From the human T2T-CHM13v2.0 reference genome, Homo sapiens, in NCBI RefSeq assembly GCF_009914755.1, contig NC_060940.1: a DNA stretch of 64,000 nt; one strand, given 5' to 3'. How positions within the stretch are numbered: position 1 is the first letter of the stretch; each line of letters starts with the position of its first letter. Positions 23,201 to 38,200 of this stretch are shown here, in pieces. The notes under the pieces were generated by a model that saw only the letters and a program-made list of their open reading frames with translations, ran no database searches and was not told where the DNA came from. Both the position numbers and the translations under genes were made by a program.

Positions 23201-26200
23201 GTTTTTTTCATGTAAGGCTAGACAGAAGAAATCTCAGTAACTTCCTTGTGTTGTGTGTATTCAACTGACAGAGTTGAACCTTCCTTTAGACAGAGCAGAT
23301 TCGAAACACTCTTTTTCTGCAATTTGCAAGTGGAGACTTCAAGCGCTTTGAGGCCAAAGGCAGAAAAGGAAATATCTTCGTATAAAAACCCGACAGAATC
23401 ATTCTCAGAAACTGCTCTGTGATGTGTGCGTTCAACTCACAGAGTTTAACTTTTCTTTTCATTCAGCAGTTTGGAAACACTCTGTTTGTAAAGTCTGCAA
23501 GTGGATATCTTGGCCTCTTAGAGGCCTTCGTTGGAAACGGGTTTTGTCATGTAAGGTTAGACAGAGGAATTCCCAGTAACTTCCTTGTGTTGTGTGCATT
23601 CAACTCACAGAGTTGAATGATTCTTTACACAGAGCAGATTTGAGACACTCTTTTGGTGGAATTTGTTAGTGGAGAATTCAGCCGCTTTGAGGTCAACGGT
23701 AGAAAAGGAAATATCTTCGTATAAAAACTAGACAGAATGATTCTCAGAAACTGTTTTGTGATGTGTGCGTTCAACTCACAGAGTTTAACCTTTCTTTTCA
23801 AAGAGCAGTTAGGAAACACTCTGTTTGTAAAGTCTGCAAGTGGATATTCAGACCTCTTTGAGGCCTTCGTTGGAAACGGGATTTCTTCATATTATGCTAG
23901 ACAGATGAATTCTCAGTAACTTCCTTGTGTTGTGTGTATTCAACTCACAGAGTTGAACGATCCTTTACACAGAGCAGATTTGAAACACTGTTTTTCTGGA
24001 ATTTGCAAGTGGAGATTTCAGCCGCTTTGAGGTCAATGGTAGAAAAAGAAATATCTTCGTATAAAAACTAGACAGAATGATTCTCAGAAACTCCTTTGTG
24101 ATGTGTGCGTTCAACTCACAGAGTTTAACCTTTCTTTTCACAGAGCAGTTAGGAAACACTCTGTTTGTGAAGCCTGCCAGTGGATATTCGGACCTCTTTG
24201 AGGCCTTCGTTGGAAACGGGATTTCTTCATATTATGCTAGACAGAAGATTTCTCAGTAACTTCTTTGTGTTGTGTGTATGCAACTCACAGAGTTCAACCT
24301 TCCTTTAGACAGAGCAGATTTGAAACACTCTTTTTGTGGAATTTGCAAGTGGAGATTTCAAGCGCTTCGATGCCAATGGTAGAAAAGGAAATATCTTCGC
24401 ATAAAACAAGACAAACTCGTTCCCAGACACTGCGTAGTGATGTGTGTGTTTAACTCACAGAGTTTAACCTTTCTTTTCATACAGCATTCTGGAAACCCTC
24501 TGTTTGTAAAGTCTGCAAGTGGATATTTGGACCTCTTAGATGCCTTCGTTGGAAACGGGATTTCTTCATATAATGCTAGAGGGAAGAATTCTTAGTAACT
24601 TCTTTGTGTTGTGTGTATTCAACTGACAGAGTTGAACCTTCCTTTAGACAGAGCAGATTTGAAAGTCTCTTTTTGTGGAATTTGCAAGTGGAGATTTCAA
24701 GCGCTTTGAGGCCAAAAGCAGAAAAGGAAATATTTTCCTATAAAAACTAGACAGAATCTTTCTCAGAAACTGCTCTGGGATGTGTGCGTTCAACTCACAG
24801 ATTTTAACTTTTCTTTTCATTCAGCAGTTTGGAAACACTCTGTTTGGAAAGTCTGCACGTGGATATTTTGACCTCTTTGAGGCCTTCGTTGGAAACGGGT
24901 TTTTTTCATGTAAGGCTAGACAGAAGAAATCTCAGTAACTTCCTTGTGTTGTGTGTATTCAACTGACAGAGTTGAACCTTCCTTTAGACAGAGCAGATTC
25001 GAAACACTCTTTTTCTGCAATTTGCAAGTGGAGACTTCAAGCGCTTTGAGGCCAAAGGCAGAAAAGGAAATATCTTCGTATAAAAACCCGACAGAATCAT
25101 TCTCAGAAACTGCTCTGTGATGTGTGCGTTCAACTCACAGAGTTTAACTTTTCTTTTCATTCAGCAGTTTGGAAACACTCTGTTTGTAAAGTCTGCAAGT
25201 GGATATCTTGGCCTCTTAGAGGCCTTCGTTGGAAACGGGTTTTTTCATGTAAGGTTAGACAGAGGAATTCCCAGTAACTTCCTTGTGTTGTGTGCATTCA
25301 ACTCACAGAGTTGAATGATTCTTTACACAGAGCAGATTTGAGACACTCTTTTGGTGGAATTTGTTAGTGGAGAATTCAGCCGCTTTGAGGTCAACGGTAG
25401 AAAAGGAAATATCTTCGTATAAAAACTAGACAGAATGATTCTCAGAAACTGTTTTGTGATGTGTGCGTTCAACTCACAGAGTTTAACCTTTCTTTTCAAA
25501 GAGCAGTTAGGAAACACTCTGTTTGTAAAGTCTGCAAGTGGATATTCAGACCTCTTTGAGGCCTTCGTTGGAAACGGGATTTCTTCATATTATGCTAGAC
25601 AGATGAATTCTCAGTAACTTCCTTGTGTTGTGTGTATTCAACTCACAGAGTTGAACGATCCTTTACACAGAGCAGATTTGAAACACTGTTTTTCTGGAAT
25701 TTGCAAGTGGAGATTTCAGCCGCTTTGAGGTCAATGGTAGAAAAAGAAATATCTTCGTATAAAAACTAGACAGAATGATTCTCAGAAACTCCTTTGTGAT
25801 GTGTGCGTTCAACTCACAGAGTTTAACCTTTCTTTTCACAGAGCAGTTAGGAAACACTCTGTTTGTGAAGCCTGCCAGTGGATATTCGGACCTCTTTGAG
25901 GCCTTCGTTGGAAACGGGATTTCTTCATATTATGCTAGACAGAAGATTTCTCAGTAACTTCTTTGTGTTGTGTGTATGCAACTCACAGAGTTCAACCTTC
26001 CTTTAGACAGAGCAGATTTGAAACACTCTTTTTGTGGAATTTGCAAGTGGAGATTTCAAGCGCTTCGATGCCAATGGTAGAAAAGGAAATATCTTCGTAT
26101 AAAAACAAGACAAACTCGTTCCCAGACACTGCGTAGTGATGTGTGTGTTTAACTCACAGAGTTTAACCTTTCTTTTCATACAGCATTCTGGAAACCCTCT

Positions 26201-29200
26201 GTTTGTAAAGTCTGCAAGTGGATATTTGGACCTCTTAGATGCCTTCGTTGGAAACGGGATTTCTTCATATAATGCTAGAGGGAAGAATTCTTAGTAACTT
26301 CTTTGTGTTGTGTGTATTCAACTGACAGAGTTGAACCTTCCTTTAGACAGAGCAGATTTGAAAGTCTCTTTTTGTGGAATTTGCAAGTGGAGATTTCAAG
26401 CGCTTTGAGGCCAAAAGCAGAAAAGGAAATGTTTTCCTATAAAAACTAGACAGAATCATTCTCAGAAACTGCTCTGTGATGTGTGTGTTCAACTCACAGA
26501 GTTTAACTTTCTTTTCATTCAGCAGTTTGGAAACACTCTGTTTGGAAAGTCTGCACGTGGATATTTTGACCTCTTTGAGGCCTTCGTTGGAAACGGGTTT
26601 TTTTCATGTAACGCTAGACAGAAGAAATCTCAGTAACTTCCTTGTGTTGTGTGTATTCAACTGACAGAGTTGAACCTTCCTTTAGACAGAGCAGATTCGA
26701 AACACTCTTTTTCTGCAATTTGCAAGTGGAGACTTCAAGCGCTTTGAGGCCAAAGGCAGAAAAGGAAATATCTTCGTATAAAAACCCGACAGAATCATTC
26801 TCAGAAACTGCTCTGTGATGTGTGCGTTCAACTCACAGAGTTTAACTTTTCTTTTCATTCAGCAGTTTGGAAACACTCTGTTTGTAAAGTCTGCAAGTGG
26901 ATATCTTGGCCTCTTAGAGGCCTTCGTTGGAAACGGGTTTTTTCATGTAAGGTTAGACAGAGGAATTCCCAGTAACTTCCTTGTGTTGTGTGCATTCAAC
27001 TCACAGAGTTGAATGATTCTTTACACAGAGCAGATTTGAGACACTCTTTTGGTGGAATTTGTAAGTGGAGAATTCAGCCGCTTTGAGGTCAACGGTAGAA
27101 AAGGAAATATCTTCGTATAAAAACTAGACAGAATGATTCTCAGAAACTGTTTTGTGATGTGTGCATTCAACTCACAGAGTTTAACCTTTCTTTTCAAAGA
27201 GCAGTTAGGAAACACTCTGTTTGTAAAGTCTGCAAGTGGATATTCAGACCTCTTTGAGGCCTTCGTTGGAAACGGGATTTCTTCATATTATGCTAGACAG
27301 ATGAATTCTCAGTAACTTCCTTGTGTTGTGTGTATTCAACTCACAGAGTTGAACGATCCTTTACACAGAGCAGATTTGAAACACTGTTTTTCTGGAATTT
27401 GCAAGTGGAGATTTCAGCCGCTTTGAGGTCAATGGTAGAAAAAGGAATATCATCGTATAAAAACTAGACAGAATGATTCTCAGAAACTCCTTTGTGATGT
27501 GTGCGTTCAACTCACAGAGTTTAACCTTTCTTTTCACAGAGCAGTTAGGAAACACTCTGTTTGTGAAGCCTGCCAGTGGATATTCGGACCTCTTTGAGGC
27601 CTTCGTTGGAAACGGGATTTCTTCATATTATGCTAGACAGAAGATTTCTCAGTAACTTCTTTGTGTTGTGTGTATGCAACTCACAGAGTTCAACCTTCCT
27701 TTAGACAGAGCAGATTTGAAACACTCTTTTTGTGGAATTTGCAAGTGGAGATTTCAAGCGCTTCGATGCCAATGGTAGAAAAGGAAATATCTTCGTAGAA
27801 AAACAAGACAAACTCGTTCCCAGACACTGCGTAGTGATGTGTGTGTTTAACTCACAGAGTTTCACCTTTCTTTTCATACAGCATTCTGGAAACCCTCTGT
27901 TTGTAAAGTCTGCAAGTGGATATTTGGACCTCTTAGATGCCTTCGTTGGAAACGGGATTTCTTCATATAATGCTAGAGGGAAGAATTCTTAGTAACTTCT
28001 TTGTGTTGTGTGTATTCAACTGACAGAGTTGAACCTTCCTTTAGACAGAGCAGATTTGAAAGTCTCTTTTTGTGGAATTTGCAAGTGGAGATTTCAAGCG
28101 CTTTGAGGCCAAAAGCAGAAAAGGAAATATTTTCCTATAAAAACTAGACAGAATCATTCTCAGAAACTGCTCTGTGATGTGTGTGTTCAACTCACAGAGT
28201 TTAACTTTCTTTTCATTCAGCAGTTTGGAAACACTCTGTTTGGAAAGTCTGCACGTGGATATTTTGACCTCTTTGAGGCCTTCGTTGGAAACGGGTTTTT
28301 TTCATGTAAGGCTAGACAGAAGAAATCTCAGTAACTTCCTTGTGTTGTGTGTATTCAACTGACAGAGTTGAACCTTCCTTTAGACAGAGCAGATTCGAAA
28401 CACTCTTTTTCTGCAATTTGCAAGTGGAGACTTCAAGCGCTTTGAGGCCAAAGGCAGAAAAGGAAATATCTTCGTATAAAAACCCGACAGAATCATTCTC
28501 AGAAACTGCTCTGTGATGTGTGCGTTCAACTCACAGAGTTTAACTTTTCTTTTCATTCAGCAGTTTGGAAACACTCTGTTTGTAAAGTCTGCAAGTGGAT
28601 ATCTTGGCCTCTTAGAGGCCTTCGTTGGAAACGGGTTTTGTCATGTAAGGTTAGACAGAGGAATTCCCAGTAACTTCCTTGTGTTGTGTGCATTCAACTC
28701 ACAGAGTTGAATGATTCTTTACACAGAGCAGATTTGAGACACTCTTTTGGTGGAATTTGTTAGTGGAGAATTCAGCCGCTTTGAGGTCAACGGTAGAAAA
28801 GGAAATATCTTCGTATAAAAACTAGACAGAATGATTCTCAGAAACTGTTTTGTGATGTGTGCGTTCAACTCACAGAGTTTAACCTTTCTTTTCAAAGAGC
28901 AGTTAGGAAACACTCTGTTTGTAAAGTCTGCAAGTGGATATTCAGACCTCTTTGAGGCCTTCGTTGGAAACGGGATTTCTTCATATTATGCTAGACAGAT
29001 GAATTCTCAGTAACTTCCTTGTGTTGTGTGTATTCAACTCACAGAGTTGAACGATCCTTTACACAGAGCAGATTTGAAACACTGTTTTTCTGGAATTTGC
29101 AAGTGGAGATTTCAGCCGCTTTGAGGTCAATGGTAGAAAAAGAAATATCTTCGTATAAAAACTAGACAGAATGATTCTCAGAAACTCCTTTGTGATGTGT

Positions 29201-32200
29201 GCGTTCAACTCACAGAGTTTAACCTTTCTTTTCACAGAGCAGTTAGGAAACACTCTGTTTGTGAAGCCTGCCAGTGGATATTCGGACCTCTTTGAGGCCT
29301 TCGTTGGAAACGGGATTTCTTCATATTATGCTAGACAGAAGATTTCTCAGTAACTTCTTTGTGTTGTGTGTATGCAACTCACAGAGTTCAACCTTCCTTT
29401 AGACAGAGCAGATTTGAAACACTCTTTTTGTGGAATTTGCAAGTGGAGATTTCAAGCGCTTCGATGCCAATGGTAGAAAAGGAAATATCTTCGCATAAAA
29501 CAAGACAAACTCGTTCCCAGACACTGCGTAGTGATGTGTGTGTTTAACTCACAGAGTTTAACCTTTCTTTTCATACAGCATTCTGGAAACCCTCTGTTTG
29601 TAAAGTCTGCAAGTGGATATTTGGACCTCTTAGATGCCTTCGTTGGAAACGGGATTTCTTCATATAATGCTAGAGGGAAGAATTCTTAGTAACTTCTTTG
29701 TGTTGTGTGTATTCAACTGACAGAGTTGAACCTTCCTTTAGACAGAGCAGATTTGAAAGTCTCTTTTTGTGGAATTTGCAAGTGGAGATTTCAAGCGCTT
29801 TGAGGCCAAAAGCAGAAAAGGAAATATTTTCCTATAAAAACTAGACAGAATCTTTCTCAGAAACTGCTCTGGGATGTGTGCGTTCAACTCACAGATTTTA
29901 ACTTTTCTTTTCATTCAGCAGTTTGGAAACACTCTGTTTGGAAAGTCTGCACGTGGATATTTTGACCTCTTTGAGGCCTTCGTTGGAAACGGGTTTTTTT
30001 CATGTAAGGCTAGACAGAAGAAATCTCAGTAACTTCCTTGTGTTGTGTGTATTCAACTGACAGAGTTGAACCTTCCTTTAGACAGAGCAGATTCGAAACA
30101 CTCTTTTTCTGCAATTTGCAAGTGGAGACTTCAAGCGCTTTGAGGCCAAAGGCAGAAAAGGAAATATCTTCGTATAAAAACCCGACAGAATCATTCTCAG
30201 AAACTGCTCTGTGATGTGTGCGTTCAACTCACAGAGTTTAACTTTTCTTTTCATTCAGCAGTTTGGAAACACTCTGTTTGTAAAGTCTGCAAGTGGATAT
30301 CTTGGCCTCTTAGAGGCCTTCGTTGGAAACGGGTTTTTTCATGTAAGGTTAGACAGAGGAATTCCCAGTAACTTCCTTGTGTTGTGTGCATTCAACTCAC
30401 AGAGTTGAATGATTCTTTACACAGAGCAGATTTGAGACACTCTTTTGGTGGAATTTGTTAGTGGAGAATTCAGCCGCTTTGAGGTCAACGGTAGAAAAGG
30501 AAATATCTTCGTATAAAAACTAGACAGAATGATTCTCAGAAACTGTTTTGTGATGTGTGCGTTCAACTCACAGAGTTTAACCTTTCTTTTCAAAGAGCAG
30601 TTAGGAAACACTCTGTTTGTAAAGTCTGCAAGTGGATATTCAGACCTCTTTGAGGCCTTCGTTGGAAACGGGATTTCTTCATATTATGCTAGACAGATGA
30701 ATTCTCAGTAACTTCCTTGTGTTGTGTGTATTCAACTCACAGAGTTGAACGATCCTTTACACAGAGCAGATTTGAAACACTGTTTTTCTGGAATTTGCAA
30801 GTGGAGATTTCAGCCGCTTTGAGGTCAATGGTAGAAAAAGAAATATCTTCGTATAAAAACTAGACAGAATGATTCTCAGAAACTCCTTTGTGATGTGTGC
30901 GTTCAACTCACAGAGTTTAACCTTTCTTTTCACAGAGCAGTTAGGAAACACTCTGTTTGTGAAGCCTGCCAGTGGATATTCGGACCTCTTTGAGGCCTTC
31001 GTTGGAAACGGGATTTCTTCATATTATGCTAGACAGAAGATTTCTCAGTAACTTCTTTGTGTTGTGTGTATGCAACTCACAGAGTTCAACCTTCCTTTAG
31101 ACAGAGCAGATTTGAAACACTCTTTTTGTGGAATTTGCAAGTGGAGATTTCAAGCGCTTCGATGCCAATGGTAGAAAAGGAAATATCTTCGTATAAAAAC
31201 AAGACAAACTCGTTCCCAGACACTGCGTAGTGATGTGTGTGTTTAACTCACAGAGTTTAACCTTTCTTTTCATACAGCATTCTGGAAACCCTCTGTTTGT
31301 AAAGTCTGCAAGTGGATATTTGGACCTCTTAGATGCCTTCGTTGGAAACGGGATTTCTTCATATAATGCTAGAGGGAAGAATTCTTAGTAACTTCTTTGT
31401 GTTGTGTGTATTCAACTGACAGAGTTGAACCTTCCTTTAGACAGAGCAGATTTGAAAGTCTCTTTTTGTGGAATTTGCAAGTGGAGATTTCAAGCGCTTT
31501 GAGGCCAAAAGCAGAAAAGGAAATGTTTTCCTATAAAAACTAGACAGAATCATTCTCAGAAACTGCTCTGTGATGTGTGTGTTCAACTCACAGAGTTTAA
31601 CTTTCTTTTCATTCAGCAGTTTGGAAACACTCTGTTTGGAAAGTCTGCACGTGGATATTTTGACCTCTTTGAGGCCTTCGTTGGAAACGGGTTTTTTTCA
31701 TGTAACGCTAGACAGAAGAAATCTCAGTAACTTCCTTGTGTTGTGTGTATTCAACTGACAGAGTTGAACCTTCCTTTAGACAGAGCAGATTCGAAACACT
31801 CTTTTTCTGCAATTTGCAAGTGGAGACTTCAAGCGCTTTGAGGCCAAAGGCAGAAAAGGAAATATCTTCGTATAAAAACCCGACAGAATCATTCTCAGAA
31901 ACTGCTCTGTGATGTGTGCGTTCAACTCACAGAGTTTAACTTTTCTTTTCATTCAGCAGTTTGGAAACACTCTGTTTGTAAAGTCTGCAAGTGGATATCT
32001 TGGCCTCTTAGAGGCCTTCGTTGGAAACGGGTTTTTTCATGTAAGGTTAGACAGAGGAATTCCCAGTAACTTCCTTGTGTTGTGTGCATTCAACTCACAG
32101 AGTTGAATGATTCTTTACACAGAGCAGATTTGAGACACTCTTTTGGTGGAATTTGTAAGTGGAGAATTCAGCCGCTTTGAGGTCAACGGTAGAAAAGGAA

Positions 32201-35200
32201 ATATCTTCGTATAAAAACTAGACAGAATGATTCTCAGAAACTGTTTTGTGATGTGTGCGTTCAACTCACAGAGTTTAACCTTTCTTTTCAAAGAGCAGTT
32301 AGGAAACACTCTGTTTGTAAAGTCTGCAAGTGGATATTCAGACCTCTTTGAGGCCTTCGTTGGAAACGGGATTTCTTCATATTATGCTAGACAGATGAAT
32401 TCTCAGTAACTTCCTTGTGTTGTGTGTATTCAACTCACAGAGTTGAACGATCCTTTACACAGAGCAGATTTGAAACACTGTTTTTCTGGAATTTGCAAGT
32501 GGAGATTTCAGCCGCTTTGAGGTCAATGGTAGAAAAAGGAATATCATCGTATAAAAACTAGACAGAATGATTCTCAGAAACTCCTTTGTGATGTGTGCGT
32601 TCAACTCACAGAGTTTAACCTTTCTTTTCACAGAGCAGTTAGGAAACACTCTGTTTGTGAAGCCTGCCAGTGGATATTCGGACCTCTTTGAGGCCTTCGT
32701 TGGAAACGGGATTTCTTCATATTATGCTAGACAGAAGATTTCTCAGTAACTTCTTTGTGTTGTGTGTATGCAACTCACAGAGTTCAACCTTCCTTTAGAC
32801 AGAGCAGATTTGAAACACTCTTTTTGTGGAATTTGCAAGTGGAGATTTCAAGCGCTTCGATGCCAATGGTAGAAAAGGAAATATCTTCGTATAAAAACAA
32901 GACAAACTCGTTCCCAGACACTGCGTAGTGATGTGTGTGTTTAACTCACAGAGTTTCACCTTTCTTTTCATACAGCATTCTGGAAACCCTCTGTTTGTAA
33001 AGTCTGCAAGTGGATATTTGGACCTCTTAGATGCCTTCGTTGGAAACGGGATTTCTTCATATAATGCTAGAGGGAAGAATTCTTAGTAACTTCTTTGTGT
33101 TGTGTGTATTCAACTGACAGAGTTGAACCTTCCTTTAGACAGAGCAGATTTGAAAGTCTCTTTTTGTGGAATTTGCAAGTGGAGATTTCAAGCGCTTTGA
33201 GGCCAAAAGCAGAAAAGGAAATATTTTCCTATAAAAACTAGACAGAATCATTCTCAGAAACTGCTCTGTGATGTGTGTGTTCAACTCACAGAGTTTAACT
33301 TTCTTTTCATTCAGCAGTTTGGAAACACTCTGTTTGGAAAGTCTGCACGTGGATATTTTGACCTCTTTGAGGCCTTCGTTGGAAACGGGTTTTTTTCATG
33401 TAAGGCTAGACAGAAGAAATCTCAGTAACTTCCTTGTGTTGTGTGTATTCAACTGACAGAGTTGAACCTTCCTTTAGACAGAGCAGATTCGAAACACTCT
33501 TTTTCTGCAATTTGCAAGTGGAGACTTCAAGCGCTTTGAGGCCAAAGGCAGAAAAGGAAATATCTTCGTATAAAAACCCGACAGAATCATTCTCAGAAAC
33601 TGCTCTGTGATGTGTGCGTTCAACTCACAGAGTTTAACTTTTCTTTTCATTCAGCAGTTTGGAAACACTCTGTTTGTAAAGTCTGCAAGTGGATATCTTG
33701 GCCTCTTAGAGGCCTTCGTTGGAAACGGGTTTTTTCATGTAAGGTTAGACAGAGGAATTCCCAGTAACTTCCTTGTGTTGTGTGCATTCAACTCACAGAG
33801 TTGAATGATTCTTTACACAGAGCAGATTTGAGACACTCTTTTGGTGGAATTTGTAAGTGGAGAATTCAGCCGCTTTGAGGTCAACGGTAGAAAAGGAAAT
33901 ATCTTCGTATAAAAACTAGACAGAATGATTCTCAGAAACTGTTTTGTGATGTGTGCGTTCAACTCACAGAGTTTAACCTTTCTTTTCAAAGAGCAGTTAG
34001 GAAACACTCTGTTTGTAAAGTCTGCAAGTGGATATTCAGACCTCTTTGAGGCCTTCGTTGGAAACGGGATTTCTTCATATTATGCTAGACAGATGAATTC
34101 TCAGTAACTTCCTTGTGTTGTGTGTATTCAACTCACAGAGTTGAACGATCCTTTACACAGAGCAGATTTGAAACACTGTTTTTCTGGAATTTGCAAGTGG
34201 AGATTTCAGCCGCTTTGAGGTCAATGGTAGAAAAAGAAATATCTTCGTATAAAAACTAGACAGAATGATTCTCAGAAACTCCTTTGTGATGTGTGCGTTC
34301 AACTCACAGAGTTTAACCTTTCTTTTCACAGAGCAGTTAGGAAACACTCTGTTTGTGAAGCCTGCCAGTGGATATTCGGACCTCTTTGAGGCCTTCGTTG
34401 GAAACGGGATTTCTTCATATTATGCTAGACAGAAGATTTCTCAGTAACTTCTTTGTGTTGTGTGTATGCAACTCACAGAGTTCAACCTTCCTTTAGACAG
34501 AGCAGATTTGAAACACTCTTTTTGTGGAATTTGCAAGTGGAGATTTCAAGCGCTTCGATGCCAATGGTAGAAAAGGAAATATCTTCGTATAAAAACAAGA
34601 CAAACTCGTTCCCAGACACTGCGTAGTGATGTGTGTGTTTAACTCACAGAGTTTCACCTTTCTTTTCATACAGCATTCTGGAAACCCTCTGTTTGTAAAG
34701 TCTGCAAGTGGATATTTGGACCTCTTAGATGCCTTCGTTGGAAACGGGATTTCTTCATATAATGCTAGAGGGAAGAATTCTTAGTAACTTCTTTGTGTTG
34801 TGTGTATTCAACTGACAGAGTTGAACCTTCCTTTAGACAGAGCAGATTTGAAAGTCTCTTTTTGTGGAATTTGCAAGTGGAGATTTCAAGCGCTTTGAGG
34901 CCAAAAGCAGAAAAGGAAATGTTTTCCTATAAAAACTAGACAGAATCTTTCTCAGAAACTGCTCTGGGATGTGTGCGTTCAACTCACAGAGTTTAACTTT
35001 TCTTTTCATTCAGCAGTTTGGAAACACTCTGTTTGGAAAGTCTGCACGTGGATATTTTGACCTCTTTGAGGCCTTCGTTGGAAACGGGTTTTTTTCATGT
35101 AAGGCTAGACAGAAGAAATCTCAGTAACTTCCTTGTGTTGTGTGTATTCAACTGACAGAGTTGAACCTTCTTTTAGACAGAGCAGATTCGAAACACTCTT

Positions 35201-38200
35201 TTTCTGCAATTTGCAAGTGGAGACTTCAAGCGCTTTGAGGCCAAAGGCAGAAAAGGAAATATCTTCGTATAAAAACCCGACAGAATCATTCTCAGAAACT
35301 GCTCTGTGATGTGTGCGTTCAACTCACAGAGTTTAACTTTTCTTTTCATTCAGCAGTTTGGAAACACTCTGTTTGTAAAGTCTGCAAGTGGATATCTTGG
35401 CCTCTTAGAGGCCTTCGTTGGAAACGGGTTTTTTCATGTAAGGTTAGACAGAGGAATTCCCAGTAACTTCCTTGTGTTGTGTGCATTCTACTCACAGAGT
35501 TGAATGATTCTTTACACAGAGCAGATTTGAGACACTCTTTTGGTGGAATTTGTAAGTGGAGAATTCAGCTGCTTTGAGGTCAACGGTAGAAAAGGAAATA
35601 TCTTCGTATAAAAACTAGACAGAATGATTCTCAGAAACTGTTTTGTGATGTGTGCGTTCAACTCACAGAGTTTAACCTTTCTTTTCAAAGAGCAGTTAGG
35701 AAACACTCTGTTTGTAAAGTCTGCAAGTGGATATTCAGACCTCTTTGAGGCCTTCGTTGGAAACGGGATTTCTTCATATTATGCTAGACAGATGAATTCT
35801 CAGTAACTTCCTTGTGTTGTGTGTATTCAACTCACAGAGTTGAACGATCCTTTACACAGAGCAGATTTGAAACACTGTTTTTCTGGGATTTGCAAGTGGA
35901 GATTTCAGCTGCTTTGAGGTCAATGGTAGAAAAGGAAATATCTTCGTATAAAAACTAGACAGAATGATTCTCAGAAACTCCTTTGTGATGTGTGCGTTCA
36001 ACTCACAGAGTTTAACCTTTCTTTTCACAGAGCAGTTAGGAAACACTCTGTTTGTGAAGCCTGCCAGTGGATATTCGGACCTCTTTGAGGCCTTCGTTGG
36101 AAACGGGATTTCTTCATATTATGCTAGACAGAAGATTTCTCAGTAACTTCTTTGTGTTGTGTGTATGCAACTCACAGAGTTCAACCTTCCTTTAGACAGA
36201 GCAGATTTGAAACACTCTTTTTGTGGAATTTGCAAGTGGAGATTTCAAGCGCTTCGATGCCAATGGTAGAAAAGGAAATATCTTCGTATAAAAACAAGAC
36301 AAACTCGTTCCCAGACACTGCGTAGTGATGTGTGTGTTTAACTCACAGAGTTTAACCTTTCTTTTCATACAGCATTCTGGAAACCCTCTGTTTGTAAAGT
36401 CTGCAAGTAGATATTTGGACCTCTTAGATGCCTTCGTTGGAAACGGGATTTCTTCATATAATGCTAGAGGGAAGAATTCTTAGTAACTTCTTTGTGTTGT
36501 GTGTATTCAACTGACAGAGTTGAACCTTCCTTTAGACAGAGCAGATTTGAAAGTCTCTTTTTGTGGAATTTGCAAGTGGAGATTTCAAGCGCTTTGAGGC
36601 CAAAAGCAGAAAAGGAAATATTTTCCTGTAAAAACTAGACAGAATCATTCTCAGAAACTGCTCTGTGATGTGTGTGTTCAACTCACAGAGTTTAACTTTC
36701 TTTTCATTCAGCAGTTTGGAAACACTCTGTTTGGAAAGTCTGCACGTGGATATTTTGACCTCTTTGAGGCCTTCGTTGGAAACGGGTTTTTTTCATGTAA
36801 GGCTAGACAGAAGAAATCTCAGTAACTTCCTTGTGTTGTGTGTATTCAACTGACAGAGTTGAACCTTCCTTTAGACAGAGCAGATTCGAAACACTCTTTT
36901 TCTGCAATTTGCAAGTGGAGACTTCAAGCGCTTTGAGGCCAAAGGCAGAAAAGGAAATATCTTCGTATAAAAACCCGACAGAATCATTCTCAGAAACTGC
37001 TCTGTGATGTGTGCGTTCAACTCACAGAGTTTAACTTTTCTTTTCATTCAGCAGTTTGGAAACACTCTGTTTGGAAAGTCTGCAAGTGGATATCTTGGCC
37101 TCTTAGAGGCCTTCGTTGGAAACGGGTTTTTTCATGTAAGGTTAGACAGAGGAATTCCCAGTAACTTCCTTGTGTTGTGTGCATTCAACTCACAGAGTTG
37201 AATGATTCTTTACACAGAGCAGATTTGAGACACTCTTTTGGTGGAATTTGTTAGTGGAGAATTCAGCCGCTTTGAGGTCAACGGTAGAAAAGGAAATATC
37301 TTCGTATAAAAACTAGACAGAATGATTCTCAGAAACTGTTTTGTGATGTGTGCGTTCAACTCACAGAGTTTAACCTTTCTTTTCAAAGAGCAGTTAGGAA
37401 ACACTCTGTTTGTAAAGTCTGCAAGTGGATATTCAGACCTCTTTGAGGCCTTCGTTGGAAACGGGATTTCTTCATATTATGCTAGACAGATGAATTCTCA
37501 GTAACTTCCTTGTGTTGTGTGTATTCAACTCACAGAGTTGAACGATCCTTTACACAGAGCAGATTTGAAACACTGTTTTTCTGGAATTTGCAAGTGGAGA
37601 TTTCAGCCGCTTTGAGGTCAATGGTAGAAAAAGAAATATCTTCGTATAAAAACTAGACAGAATGATTCTCAGAAACTCCTTTGTGATGTGTGCGTTCAAC
37701 TCACAGAGTTTAACCTTTCTTTTCACAGAGCAGTTAGGAAACACTCTGTTTGTGAAGCCTGCCAGTGGATATTCGGACCTCTTTGAGGCCTTCGTTGGAA
37801 ACGGGATTTCTTCATATTATGCTAGACAGAAGATTTCTCAGTAACTTCTTTGTGTTGTGTGTATGCAACTCACAGAGTTCAACCTTCCTTTAGACAGAGC
37901 AGATTTGAAACACTCTTTTTGTGGAATTTGCAAGTGGAGATTTCAAGCGCTTCGATGCCAATGGTAGAAAAGGAAATATCTTCGTAGAAAAACAAGACAA
38001 ACTCGTTCCCAGACACTGCGTAGTGATGTGTGTGTTTAACTCACAGAGTTTCACCTTTCTTTTCATACAGCATTCTGGAAACCCTCTGTTTGTAAAGTCT
38101 GCAAGTGGATATTTGGACCTCTTAGATGCCTTCGTTGGAAACGGGATTTCTTCATATAATGCTAGAGGGAAGAATTCTTAGTAACTTCTTTGTGTTGTGT

